Shown piece by piece: positions 18,251 through 27,045 of a stretch of 64,000 bases of DNA. Both the position numbers and the translations under genes were made by a program. Each line of letters begins with the position of its first letter. Position 1 is the first letter of the stretch. The notes under the pieces are model-generated. The model did no database searches. It saw nothing but the letters and a program-made list of their open reading frames with translations, and had not been told where the DNA came from. The DNA comes from an uncultured bacterium (GTDB lineage: Bacteria; Planctomycetota; UBA1135; GCA-002686595): positions 576,001-640,000 of the forward strand of contig CALSNU010000001.1 of the NCBI GenBank assembly GCA_943787795.1, written 5' to 3'.

Positions 18251-20794
18251 ATGGACGCCCTCGCCCTCCTTTGCACCCTCCACGCGGACGGTCCCAGCTC
18301 TCTGAAGCGTCTTCGCTCCAGGGGGTGCGCGGACCTCTCGACGCTGCTGTCGAGGACTCCGGATGCCGTCGCCGAGGATCTCTCGATCGAGCGTCCGGCT
18401 GCCCGTCGACTGATTCGCGAGGCGCGCCTGCTTGCCGACCGTGTCGGGATCAGCGCTCTCGAGGTGGAGGAGGCTCCGCCGACCGCCGAGGCGCCGGCGC
18501 CGGCCCGCGCCCTCATCCAGGATTCTTCCCAGCAGCCCGCGAGCGCCGGCGGACTCGACTCAGTGGATCGAGCCCTGGTCGAGCGCATCACGCGCCCCGC
18601 GCCGACGCGTCCCGGGGATCCGAGCTCCCAGCCTGAGGAACCCGGAGATCTCCAGGGCCCGGCTGCGGCTCCGGCTGCGGCTCCGGCTCCGGCTGAGGGC
18701 TCGGCTGAGGGCTCGGCTGAGGGCTCGGCTGAGAGCATGGCTGGGAGCTCGAGCGAGAGCCCGGCCGAGGGGCCGACGGCAGACGCCGGTGTTTCTGCCT
18801 CTCTGCCCGATTGGCTGGAGGGGCCTGCGGTGCCCCACGCAGACGATCCGTTCAGCGTCCCTGGCGCCGACTTTGGCCCGGCGGTCTTCGGATCCGAAGG
18901 TGTCCCGGCCGCTGTGGACCCGGCCGCTGTGGACCCGGCCGCTGTGGATCCAGCCGCTGTGGCATCTGCCGCGCCGGCCGGATCGGCGGTGGGCCAGAGC
19001 GAGGGTGACTCCTCCGAGGAGCCAGCCGCGGAGGTGACGTTCGAGGAGGCCCCGGGGGAATTCGCGACGGCTGAGGCGGTAGGTTCGGAGGCGAACGACG
19101 CGATCTTGGAGGACCAGGATGTCCCGCTGGAAGAAGCGGGTCCTCTGGTGCCCGCGCTGGAGCCGTTGGCCCAGGGGCTCCTCCCCGGCGTGGCGGCGCT
19201 CTCGTCCGATGAGATCGCCGAGGCGCTCGACCGCGCGCTCCCGTACACCGACCTCGACCAAGCGCCGGCAGCAGCCTCGCCGGCGCCCCGGGACACGGCG
19301 GAGCCACGGGTCTTCGGGGCCTCCGTGTTCGGAGCGTCGGTCTTCGAGGATGCCGAGTCCGAGGAGGCCGCCCCTGAAGGAGGGGCCTGCGAGCAACCGG
19401 TCACGGGCGGAGCGCCTGATGGCTCCGTCGAGGTGAGCAGGGCCGATCTTGCGGCGGACTCCATTGCGGAGTCCGCACCTGAGCCCGCTGCTGAATTGAC
19501 TGCTGAGTCCGCCGCTGAGATCGCTGCCGGGCCCGCTCCCGAAGGCACCGGCGATCATCGGGAAGTCGAGGATCACGTGGTTCATCCGTGGGCTGCCGAC
19601 TTGGAGTCGGTCGAGCCAGGCCGTGACGCGCAGCAGACGCCGCCGACGACGTGGGCCGACGTCTCCAGTCCGGAACTTGCCGACGTTGAGAAGGACGCAC
19701 CCGTCCCGATTCCTGCGATCGCCGAGGAGGTCTCGGCGGCCTCCACGGCGGCGCTGCCGGGGATGGACGAGGCGTTGATTGAAGACATGGAGCGCCTCGG
19801 CATCTGCTCATTCGCGGACCTGAGCACAGCTGAGAGCCTCGCGCTCACCCGCGGGCTCGGCGTGACCTTCGCGCAGGCTCGCCGGCTCCGTTTCCTCGCG
19901 AGGCGCGCCGAGGCCGAGGGCGAAGCCTGGCCAGTGATCTCGTCTCCCTCGACTGCCGCCCTGGAGTCCGCCGCGGATCAACCCGAAGAGGTTGCTGCGC
20001 CGCAACTGGAACAGGCGGGCACGGAGCCTGAGGCCTCGACGGTTCCGGTCCCCGAGACCCCAGTGTTGGAGACCCCAGCGGGGGAGGTTTCATCGGTCGA
20101 GATTCCAGAGGCCGGGACTTCAGTGGCCGAGGTCCCTGTAGCTGAGGTCCCTCTAGCCGAGGTCCCTGTCGCCGAGACGCTGGACCCAGAGCCGGCGCCC
20201 TTCGCCGCCGACATCTTCGACGACGAGCCTCGAGGCGAGGGCGCCCCGGCGCTTGAACTGGACGTGGTCGGGGACCCCCTCGAGGACCTGCCGCATCTCG
20301 TCCTCGATGCTCCCCAGAGCCGCCCGTTTGCGGCGGAGATCAACGAGCAGGAGGAGGTCGCCGAGGTGCCCAAGCCCGAGCGTGAGCCCGAGCCCGAGTC
20401 CCAGGTGGAAGCGGATCTCGAGGTCGCTCGCGAGCCGGAGTCCGCCAGTCCCCGCGAGGCCGCCCACCTCGACGGCGCGCCGTCTTTCGTGGACCAGCCC
20501 ACCCCGGTGGCGGAGCTGGAGCAGCAGGGGGTGCGGGTCGATCCCTCGGAGGTGCAGGCGCGCCCCCGCTTCGGGGACCAGTTTGCTCGCGCGGCCCAGG
20601 CGCGGCGCGCATCGTCGAAGCCGGGGAAGACCGTCCTCGGCTGGAACTTCGAGATTCCCCGCCCAGGCCCAGAGACGCTCCCGCTGGCTTCGATCACGGC
20701 CAACCTGTCTGCGGACCCCGAGAAGGTCGACGGGGCGGACGGTGGGTCCGCGCCGGGGGACGCCGACTCGGGTGGCCCCTTCGCCGACGCCTGA
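18251..20794 (+). CDS. Large acidic Ala/Glu/Pro-rich protein with two helix-hairpin-helix-like domains, 847 aa
   Basis: ATG 20 nt after the ParA stop; N-terminal GPSSLKRLRSRGCADLSTL...ARRL and internal LPGMDEALIEDMERLGICSFADL...ARRL resemble each other and HhH folds; the rest is low complexity. Confidence 0.75.
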   Translation: MDALALLCTLHADGPSSLKRLRSRGCADLSTLLSRTPDAVAEDLSIERPAARRLIREARLLADRVGISALEVEEAPPTAEAPAPARALIQDSSQQPASAGGLDSVDRALVERITRPAPTRPGDPSSQPEEPGDLQGPAAAPAAAPAPAEGSAEGSAEGSAESMAGSSSESPAEGPTADAGVSASLPDWLEGPAVPHADDPFSVPGADFGPAVFGSEGVPAAVDPAAVDPAAVDPAAVASAAPAGSAVGQSEGDSSEEPAAEVTFEEAPGEFATAEAVGSEANDAILEDQDVPLEEAGPLVPALEPLAQGLLPGVAALSSDEIAEALDRALPYTDLDQAPAAASPAPRDTAEPRVFGASVFGASVFEDAESEEAAPEGGACEQPVTGGAPDGSVEVSRADLAADSIAESAPEPAAELTAESAAEIAAGPAPEGTGDHREVEDHVVHPWAADLESVEPGRDAQQTPPTTWADVSSPELADVEKDAPVPIPAIAEEVSAASTAALPGMDEALIEDMERLGICSFADLSTAESLALTRGLGVTFAQARRLRFLARRAEAEGEAWPVISSPSTAALESAADQPEEVAAPQLEQAGTEPEASTVPVPETPVLETPAGEVSSVEIPEAGTSVAEVPVAEVPLAEVPVAETLDPEPAPFAADIFDDEPRGEGAPALELDVVGDPLEDLPHLVLDAPQSRPFAAEINEQEEVAEVPKPEREPEPESQVEADLEVAREPESASPREAAHLDGAPSFVDQPTPVAELEQQGVRVDPSEVQARPRFGDQFARAAQARRASSKPGKTVLGWNFEIPRPGPETLPLASITANLSADPEKVDGADGGSAPGDADSGGPFADA
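18658..18960 (+). repeat. Coding tandem repeats: 12-nt (PAAA x2, AEGS x3) and 15-nt (PAAVD x3)
   Basis: GGCTGAGGGCTC x3 and CCGGCCGCTGTGGAC-like x3 are directly visible. Confidence 0.85.
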
Positions 20795-20857
20795 GTCCGC
20801 CTCTCAGCGCGTATACTCCTGGGCCTCCGCGGTCCCTCCTTACCGCGGAAGCCCTCG

Positions 20858-22102
20858 ATGAACAGCCTCATCAGCGAATCCCGCGGTCGGCCCGGTGACG
20901 ACCCCATCTTCACCATCAACGCCGCGGCGAACGCCCGTCGGGCGCAGGGCGAGCTCGTCATCAACGCGAGCCTCGGGGCCCTGCTCGACGACGATGGCGG
21001 CCTCTCCGTGATGCCCACGGTCTTCGAGGCCTTCCAGGCGGTCCCCGCCCAGCAGGCTGCCGCGTACGCTCCGATCGCGGGGGACCCTCCGTTCCTCGAG
21101 GCCGTGCGTCGCGACGCCTTCGGAGACGGCCCGATGTTCGAGAACTCCGTCGCAGCAGCGACGCCGGGTGGCACCGGCGCGCTCCTCAACGCGATGATGA
21201 ACTTCCTCGAGCCCGGGCAGTCGCTCTACACGTCCAGCTACTACTGGAGCCCGTATCGGATCATCGCGGGTCACAACCGTCGGGGGGTTGAGACCTTCCC
21301 GATGTTCGACGGAGCGGGAGCCTTCAATCTGGAGGCCTTCGAGGAGGGGCTCGTCGCGCAGCTGAGCCGCCAGGGCCGAGCCCTCGTGATCCTCAACTTC
21401 CCGTGCCACAACCCGACGGGGTACACCCTCGATGAGGAGGAGTGGCGAGGCGTCGCTGCGGCCCTCGGACGGGCGTCAGAGCATGGCGCCGTGGCGCTGG
21501 TGGTCGACCTCGCCTACGCCGCCTTCGGGACCCAGTCGCCCTCGGTCTGGGTTGACGCCATGGAGACGGTGTGTGACCGCGTGGCCGTGCTCGCCGCGTG
21601 GACAGCCTCCAAGTCGTTCGCCCAGTACGGTGCACGCGTTGGAGCGCTCATCGCCTCGATCCCCGACCCCGACCATCGAACGGACGTCGCGAACGCCATC
21701 TCCTACACCTGCCGGGGCTCGTGGTCCAACTGCAACCACCTGGGGCTGCTGGCGGTCAGCGACCTCCTGACCGATGACGGCCTGCGGGCCAGGGTCGAAG
21801 GGGAGCGGAGGGCGCTCGTGGGCCAGCTGTCCGAACGAGTGAACGCCTTCAACACCGCCGCGAAGGCTCGCGGCCTGAACTACCCGCGCTACGAGGGCGG
21901 CTTCTTCGTCTCCGTCTTCACCCCTGATGCAGCCGAGACCGCCAGGGTCGCCGCTGACGATGGGGTCTACGTGGTTCCCATGGACGGCGCAGTCCGGCTC
22001 GCCCTGTGCGCCGTCTCCTGCGCGGACGTCCCGCGCCTGGTCGAAGCGGTGGCGCGTGGAGTCGATGCGGCAAACCACTCCAAGGACACGGCCCATGCCT
22101 GA
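20858..22102 (+). CDS. PLP-dependent class I/II aminotransferase
   Basis: PGGTGAL, NFPCHNPTG, DLAY and SKSFAQYGARVG (PLP lysine) motifs. Confidence 0.92.
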   Translation: MNSLISESRGRPGDDPIFTINAAANARRAQGELVINASLGALLDDDGGLSVMPTVFEAFQAVPAQQAAAYAPIAGDPPFLEAVRRDAFGDGPMFENSVAAATPGGTGALLNAMMNFLEPGQSLYTSSYYWSPYRIIAGHNRRGVETFPMFDGAGAFNLEAFEEGLVAQLSRQGRALVILNFPCHNPTGYTLDEEEWRGVAAALGRASEHGAVALVVDLAYAAFGTQSPSVWVDAMETVCDRVAVLAAWTASKSFAQYGARVGALIASIPDPDHRTDVANAISYTCRGSWSNCNHLGLLAVSDLLTDDGLRARVEGERRALVGQLSERVNAFNTAAKARGLNYPRYEGGFFVSVFTPDAAETARVAADDGVYVVPMDGAVRLALCAVSCADVPRLVEAVARGVDAANHSKDTAHA

Positions 22103-22937
22103 CACGATGACCCAGAGCGAGCAGGGCAGAACTCCGGAGGATCTACGCCTCCAGGAGTCCATTGGCGTGGAGCACGGCTACGGGCCTCGCGTCCACATTC
22201 TCGAGGATGCCTGGACGGCCGCCGCCACGGCGAAGATCAGCTCTCCTGATTGCACGCACACCGAGCTGGTCCAGGCCGTCCGTGCCCTGACGGCCCGCCT
22301 CGCCACCGCGGCCTTCGGGCGCGAGCTCCCGACTGAGCGTCGGGCTGTGACCACCCGCATGGCCGAGAAGCACGGGGCGCTCGGGACGTGGCAGGGTGAC
22401 GCTCTCGATCCAGCGGCCGAGATCATCGTCCTCGACGTCATACGCGGCGGCATCATCCCGTCCCAGACCTGCTTCGAGCTGCTCAGTCTGGTGCACCCGA
22501 TCGAGCGCCTGCGGCTTGACCACCTCAACATGCAGCGGGTGGCAGGGGACGACGGTCGGGTGGATCGGGTCGAGCTCACCGGCAGCAAGGTCGGCGGATC
22601 CATCGAGGGCTCGACCCTCGTTATCCCGGATCCCATGGGGGCGACCGGTGGGACCATTCTCCGCGCCCTCGATCACCTGAGGGCGTCCCATGGGATGCCG
22701 TCGAGACTCATTCTCATCCCGCTCATCTGCACCCCTGAGTTCCTGAACGCGGTGCTGGCGATGGATGTGGACCTCTCGGTCTACACGGCCCGCGTGGATC
22801 GCGGCATGTCGACGCCCGAGGTCCTGGCCTCCCCGCTGGGGGCTCGCTGGGCAGAGGAGCGGGGTCTGGACGATGAGGACTACATCGTTCCCGGCGCTGG
22901 CGGGGTCGGCGAAGTCCTGAACCACTCGTGGGCCTGA
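22095..22937 (+). CDS. upp: Uracil phosphoribosyltransferase-like protein
   Basis: VIRGG, IPDPMGATGGT PRPP-binding loop and YIVPGAGG motifs; 8-nt overlap with the upstream gene. Confidence 0.82.
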   Translation: MPDTMTQSEQGRTPEDLRLQESIGVEHGYGPRVHILEDAWTAAATAKISSPDCTHTELVQAVRALTARLATAAFGRELPTERRAVTTRMAEKHGALGTWQGDALDPAAEIIVLDVIRGGIIPSQTCFELLSLVHPIERLRLDHLNMQRVAGDDGRVDRVELTGSKVGGSIEGSTLVIPDPMGATGGTILRALDHLRASHGMPSRLILIPLICTPEFLNAVLAMDVDLSVYTARVDRGMSTPEVLASPLGARWAEERGLDDEDYIVPGAGGVGEVLNHSWA

Positions 22938-23047
22938 GACCAGGGCCTTCTCACAGCGGCTCCGTACCGCTAGGCTTCCCGCGTCCAACGGGATCCGCGG
23001 AACGAAAACGCTCCCGAACCACCCGAACCAGCTAACAGGAGAGATCA

Positions 23048-23380
23048 ATGGCTTACGTCGTCGCCGAACCGTGCGTGAAGTGCAAGTACACCGACTGTGT
23101 CGACGTGTGCCCCGTCGACTGCTTCACGGAGGGCGAGAACTTCCTCGCTATCAACCCCGATGAGTGCATCGATTGTGGCGCCTGCGTCCCCGAGTGCCCG
23201 ACGGAGGCCATCTTCGAGGAGACCGAGGTCCCCGAGAAGTGGGCCGAGTACGTCGACCTGAACGCCAAGCTCGCGGGCTCCTGGCCCTCGATCACCGAGA
23301 AGAAGGACGCGCTGCCGGAAGCAGACGAGTTCAAGGACGTCGAGGAGAAGCGCGAGCTCCTCTCTGAATCGCCCGCCTGA
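23048..23380 (+). CDS. fdxA: 7Fe ferredoxin (FdxA type)
   Basis: [17 protein letters not shown] and [12 protein letters not shown] motifs; AGGAG ribosome-binding site. Confidence 0.95.
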   Translation: MAYVVAEPCVKCKYTDCVDVCPVDCFTEGENFLAINPDECIDCGACVPECPTEAIFEETEVPEKWAEYVDLNAKLAGSWPSITEKKDALPEADEFKDVEEKRELLSESPA

Positions 23381-23405
23381 TCACCGCCCGACCGGTGTCC
23401 GGAAC

Positions 23406-23448
23406 AACAGGCCGGCGTCTCGTCCATGGACGGGGCGCCGGCCTGTTT
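23406..23448 (+). terminator. Rho-independent terminator after fdxA
   Basis: AACAGGCCGGCG...CGCCGGCCTGTTT long stem ending in a short T run. Confidence 0.75.
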
Positions 23449-23726
23449 CATGGGTTCTTCGAGCCTGCTGAAACTCGGCTGAAGGAGCTCGCCGCACGGG
23501 TCGGCCGTACGGGTCGGCCGGGCGGGTCGGCCGGGCGGGCGACGGGTCAGCTAGGCGGGCCAGCCTGGGAGATCCACCGGGGAGACCTGCCCGGAAGGCC
23601 AGCCGGCGAGGTCTGCCGGAAGGCCAGCCAGCGAGGCCAGCCGGCGAGGGTCAGCCGGCGGGGTCAGCTGGGAGTCGCAGCACGGGCGAGCCCCTCCGGG
23701 ATGTCGCCAGGAAGGCTGCCGATGCG

Positions 23727-25472
23727 TCAGCCCGCAGAGGCGCCGCTGGTCTCTCCCCAGAGCTCCGAGAGGATCGCGCTCGACCGTTCGGCCACGGCGC
23801 GGACGACCTCCGGATCGAAGGGGTCGCCCAGGCCCGCGTCCCTCACCAGGGTGCGGAAGCTCTTCGATCCGCCGGTCTCGCACAGCCTCTGGTAGGCGCT
23901 CCACGCTGCGGCAGCATCGCGGAGCGAGAGCTCCATGAGCTGCAGGGCGACCAGCTCGGCGAGGACGTAGTCGATGTAGTAGAAGGGGTACTGGTAGACG
24001 TGCAGCTGGGCCTGCCAGGCGGCGCCGTCCTTTCCGTGGGGGATGTCCCCCCAGTCGCGCCAGGGGAGGTAGCGCCGTTCGACCTCGGCCCACATCGCGT
24101 GCCGCTTCAGCGCCGGCGCCTCAGGCTCTTCATACACGCGGTGCTGGAAGTGATCGATCGCGCATCCGTACGGCAGGAAGGCGATCTGCTGGGCGAGATG
24201 TTCGGCCCGGAATCGGGGAGCAGCCTCCCCGAAGAAGAGCTCCATCCAGGGCCATGAGAGGAACTCGAGGGACATGGAGTGGATCTCGGCGGTCTCGGAC
24301 GTGCACCGCCGCTGGTCGCCGAGTTCGAGAGCTCGGTGGCTGCTGAATCCCTGGTAGGCGTGCCCCATCTCGTGGGTGAACACCCGGGCGTCGCCGGCCG
24401 TCCCGTTGAAGTTGGCGAAGATGAACGGCATGCCCAGGGACGGAAGGAAGGAGCAGAAGCCACCGGCCCCCTTGCCCTCGCGCGCGGCCAGGTCGAGCAG
24501 GCCGTCGGCGCGCATCCGGTCGAAGAGCTCGCCGAGGTGCGTGCCCGCCGTGCGGTCCACGTCGCGGAACATCTCCGCGGCCCGGTCCTCCATCCAGGGC
24601 GCGTCGCCCCCAGGTGTGGGCGACTCCCCGGGCCCCTGAACCCCCTCGTCGAAGATCGAGAGGCCCTCGAGGCCCAGGGACTCTGCTTGCCTGGAGCGGA
24701 TCGTCTCGACGAGCGGGACGACGTGCTGCTCGACCGCGGACCGGAAGCGGGCGACCTCGGCGGGCCCGTAGTCCGTGCGGCGCATCCGGTCATAGGCGAG
24801 CTCGGTGAAGGACCCCAGGCCGAGCTTGTTGGCGATCCCGTGGCGGACCCTGACGAGGTCGTCGAACTGCCCGTCCAGGGCTTCGCGGTGCTCTGCGAAC
24901 CAGCCCCAGCGCGCGGCGGCGGCGGCGCGGCGCGTCTCGCGGTCGGGGCTCGTCAGGAAGGCCGCCACGGCGGGCAGCGTCCGAGACTCGCCCTGGAACT
25001 CGACCCGCGCCCCTCCGGTGAGGGCCATCGCATCGCTCTGGAGGCGCTGCTCTTCGGCGAGCTCGTCGCCGATCACGGGGTCGAAGCTCCTGAGTTCACA
25101 GGACCAGCGCTCCAGGACGGCCTCACCGAAGCGGGCGGCGAGCGCTGCGGTGAGGGTCGAGTCCAGCGCAGCGAGGGCCGCGAGGAACACCCGCCGTGTC
25201 TCCGCCAGTGCCGCGGCCGAGGCGTCGAGCCGGGCCTTCGCTTCGCGCGCCACCGCATCGCCCGTGTCCTGCCGGAAGCGGATCGACTGCGATGCGCTCC
25301 AGGTTTGCTGCGCGGCCATGGTCCCGTCCCAGTCGAGGACGGCCTGGATGGCCTCCCCAGGTGTGACGGACGAGCCGAGGCGCTCGGAGGCCGCCTGTGC
25401 CAGCCGCAGAGACTCGTCGAGGTCGAAGGGGGTCCCCGCGAGGGGGAGGGTCGAGTCGGGAGCCTTGGTCAT
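23727..25472 (-). CDS. M3 family oligoendopeptidase
   Basis: GKGAGGFC, FIFANFNGT, HEMGH, AEIHSMSLE and PFYYIDY motifs; start set at ATG 25472. Confidence 0.92.
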   Translation of the reverse strand: MTKAPDSTLPLAGTPFDLDESLRLAQAASERLGSSVTPGEAIQAVLDWDGTMAAQQTWSASQSIRFRQDTGDAVAREAKARLDASAAALAETRRVFLAALAALDSTLTAALAARFGEAVLERWSCELRSFDPVIGDELAEEQRLQSDAMALTGGARVEFQGESRTLPAVAAFLTSPDRETRRAAAAARWGWFAEHREALDGQFDDLVRVRHGIANKLGLGSFTELAYDRMRRTDYGPAEVARFRSAVEQHVVPLVETIRSRQAESLGLEGLSIFDEGVQGPGESPTPGGDAPWMEDRAAEMFRDVDRTAGTHLGELFDRMRADGLLDLAAREGKGAGGFCSFLPSLGMPFIFANFNGTAGDARVFTHEMGHAYQGFSSHRALELGDQRRCTSETAEIHSMSLEFLSWPWMELFFGEAAPRFRAEHLAQQIAFLPYGCAIDHFQHRVYEEPEAPALKRHAMWAEVERRYLPWRDWGDIPHGKDGAAWQAQLHVYQYPFYYIDYVLAELVALQLMELSLRDAAAAWSAYQRLCETGGSKSFRTLVRDAGLGDPFDPEVVRAVAERSSAILSELWGETSGASAG

Positions 25473-25488
25473 AGGTGGTCGGGTCGGA

Positions 25489-26970
25489 TCAGGTGAGGCT
25501 CTGGACGAGGCGGTCGAGCGGTGGCCGCGCGCTCGCGATGAGCTCAGGGAGCAGGCGCGGGATGGACCGAGAGAGGCGGGCCGCTCGCCGCGGGCTCCCA
25601 TAGAAGGCGAGCAGAGCGCGTCGCCGGAGCGCCGGGAAGTCATCGTGTTCGTCCCCGTCGCTGGTGGTCCAGGCGGGCCCGAGGTCCACGTCGCGTCCCG
25701 GAAGGAAGGCCGCCGTGTGGGCGGCGGTGTTCTGGGCCCAACGGATCGTGGCAGCCACCTCGCCGGCGGTCTCGGTGGGCAGCCCGAGTCGGAGCTCAAG
25801 GTGGACCAGCGCTCCGCTCGACGCCTGGACTCGCTCGATACCCGCCCCGGCGGCGCGCAGGTCGATGTTGGACTTGAGGAGCCGCTGCAGGCGCCGGGAG
25901 GCCGTCACCGCCTGGATCGGGAAGCGGCGCACTCCCGCGGCGAGGAAGGCCTCGACGACCTCGGGCGTGAGGCCGTCGCCACGGAGCCCCCGCGGAAACT
26001 CGAGCGAGAGCGAGGCTCGCCCCGGAGCGCCGCGCAACCTCGCGACCGCGCGAGCGATCTCGGCTGCGCGCTCTGGGCGTCCATCGAAGCCGTGGTCGGC
26101 GATGAGGATCCGGCGTACGCCCCGGCGATGGACCAGGTCCCGGATCTCCGCGACGACGTCTCGGACGCTGCGGTCCCTGGCGGACGAACCGAAGGACTGG
26201 TGGCAGGTCCGGCAGCCGGGCGCGCAGGCCCGAGAGGTTCGGACGGTGGCCGACCGAAGCGTCCGGCGATTCGACCAGGCCGGCATCAGGATCCCCTTCT
26301 CGCCGCCGCGTGCGGCGTAGCGCTTCAGGTCGACCAGGTCCCACGCGGGGGCGCCTTGCACCCTGGCGGGCGCTGCGGGGGGGCCACTGAGCAGCGTCCC
26401 CGCGGGGCCATGCCAGCGGGCCCCGGGCACACTCGCCCAGCCCTGCTCCGTCGAGGGCCGGCCGTCACCGGCGCGGCGCTCCAGGGCGACCTCGAGGGCC
26501 CGGGGCAGGGTCTCGTCGGCCTCTCCGATCAGGGCCAGATCTGCCGCTCCGGCCGCCAGCACCGAGGCCGCATGGTCCGGGCGGTCGCCCACGAGGGCGA
26601 TCCGAACGGGGCCCTGGCCCGTGTCGAGGCGTCGCCCCACCCCGATCAGGTCGTCGAGGCCTCCCTCGCCGTGGCGGCCCCCCGCCAGCACCAGGGCAGC
26701 GGCTCCGGCGGCGCGGAGGCGATCGGCAACGGCGGCCTCTCCGAGGCGCTCAAGCCCGCGGTCAAGCACCCCGAACCGATCCACCCCGAGCTGCCTGAGG
26801 GCCTCGTCGGAGCGAACGGCGCCTGCGACGCCGAGGAGCTCCGCGGGGGCGAGGGTCGCGCCGTCCCTGGCCTCCTGCGCCGTGGCCGCATCGGTCAAGA
26901 CGAAGGTGACACGGAGGTGCCCGTGCGGATCTTGACCGACCACCTCGGACCCTTGGCGAGCTGCACCCAT
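25489..26970 (-). CDS. Divergent cobalamin-binding/radical SAM protein
   Basis: TSRACAPGCRTC (CxxxCxxC), RSVRDVVAEI and LGLPTET motifs; eroded N-terminal B12-binding-like region ending IGEAD. Confidence 0.72.
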   Translation of the reverse strand: MGAARQGSEVVGQDPHGHLRVTFVLTDAATAQEARDGATLAPAELLGVAGAVRSDEALRQLGVDRFGVLDRGLERLGEAAVADRLRAAGAAALVLAGGRHGEGGLDDLIGVGRRLDTGQGPVRIALVGDRPDHAASVLAAGAADLALIGEADETLPRALEVALERRAGDGRPSTEQGWASVPGARWHGPAGTLLSGPPAAPARVQGAPAWDLVDLKRYAARGGEKGILMPAWSNRRTLRSATVRTSRACAPGCRTCHQSFGSSARDRSVRDVVAEIRDLVHRRGVRRILIADHGFDGRPERAAEIARAVARLRGAPGRASLSLEFPRGLRGDGLTPEVVEAFLAAGVRRFPIQAVTASRRLQRLLKSNIDLRAAGAGIERVQASSGALVHLELRLGLPTETAGEVAATIRWAQNTAAHTAAFLPGRDVDLGPAWTTSDGDEHDDFPALRRRALLAFYGSPRRAARLSRSIPRLLPELIASARPPLDRLVQSLT

Positions 26971-27045
26971 GGGGTGAGCTTAGGGATCGAGCGGGGGGCG
27001 AAACCAGCCCCGAGCGGGACGACTCTGAAGGACCCCCGTTCGAGC

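Noticed and set aside
2177..20175. Tandem repeats as a possible CRISPR array
   Set aside because: Units are 12-15 nt, in frame within CDS, have no unique spacers, and no cas genes are present
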